Assembly: GCA_963812135.1 (NCBI GenBank)
Contig: CAWETU010000005.1
Location: forward strand, 302,469 to 366,468
Direction: 5' to 3'
Source: Vulcanimicrobiota bacterium
GTDB taxonomy: Bacteria > Vulcanimicrobiota > Vulcanimicrobiia > Eremiobacterales > Eremiobacteraceae
Length of the DNA: 64,000 nt
The notes beneath the pieces are model-generated. The model was not told the DNA's origin. It saw only the letters and a list, made by a program, of their open reading frames with translations, and searched no databases. Positions 63,857 through 64,000 of this stretch are shown piece after piece (positions within the stretch are counted from its first letter, which is position 1; the number at the start of each line of letters is the position of its first letter). A program made the position numbers and the translations under genes.

Positions 63857-63939
63857 GTAGTTCTCCGCGGCGAACAGACAGAATGAAGCCCGCACTGAGC
63901 AGGCTTCATATCTTCGTTTCTTAGACCCGGAGACCTCTG

Positions 63940-63958
63940 CACCGAATATTATTCGGTG
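63940..63958. promoter_or_regulatory. palindrome, candidate operator of the aminotransferase operon
   Basis: CACCGAAT-ATT-ATTCGGTG in an AT-rich stretch about 85 nt upstream of the start codon. Confidence 0.4.
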
Positions 63959-64000
63959 AGAGTAATCACGACATTGAGTTCAAAGCATCCGCGTGCGCGA

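Overview
GC-rich bacterial chromosomal window of mostly housekeeping genes. TolC, a TonB-type receptor, the futalosine pathway, RNase J and a CIRCE element together suggest a diderm Terrabacteria lineage such as Eremiobacterota/Vulcanimicrobiota (inference only). Gene content: mqnE-mqnA-mqnC, ftsK, a peptide ABC permease, rnj, a YtrA-regulated Yip1-TolC-adaptor-2x MacB permease-ATPase exporter, CIRCE-htrA-dnaK-grpE-dnaJ-hspR-like, metE, an acyl-CoA synthetase, ftsEX-M23-2x S41 protease, three acyl-CoA dehydrogenases, a TonB receptor, sucCD, gmd/rmd, an ECF sigma/anti-sigma locus, an M3 peptidase, a CoA-transferase pair and a class III aminotransferase. At least seven genes carry single-base frameshifts that look like long-read consensus errors. 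Four things stand out. (1) Between the convergent metE and acyl-CoA synthetase genes, diverged copies of BOTH genes' 3' ends sit back to back and separate two different cargo modules (a DUF4258/DUF2283 pair and a Uma2 nuclease), as if two alleles of one intergenic slot were stacked. (2) A GTAG-type palindromic repeat occurs 11 times with compensatory changes; three copies are translated in frame inside proteins as GR(I/M)NS(T/A)AT, and others supply a stop codon or a candidate promoter -10. (3) A recurring AGG-N18-(C/A)GAA motif resembling sigma-H promoters ends 10-12 nt before many start codons, implying leaderless mRNAs. (4) Two unexplained structured RNA candidates: an attenuator-like leader before htrA-dnaK and an element of about 220 nt before hbd. 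No rRNA, tRNA, CRISPR array, integrase or transposase was seen.
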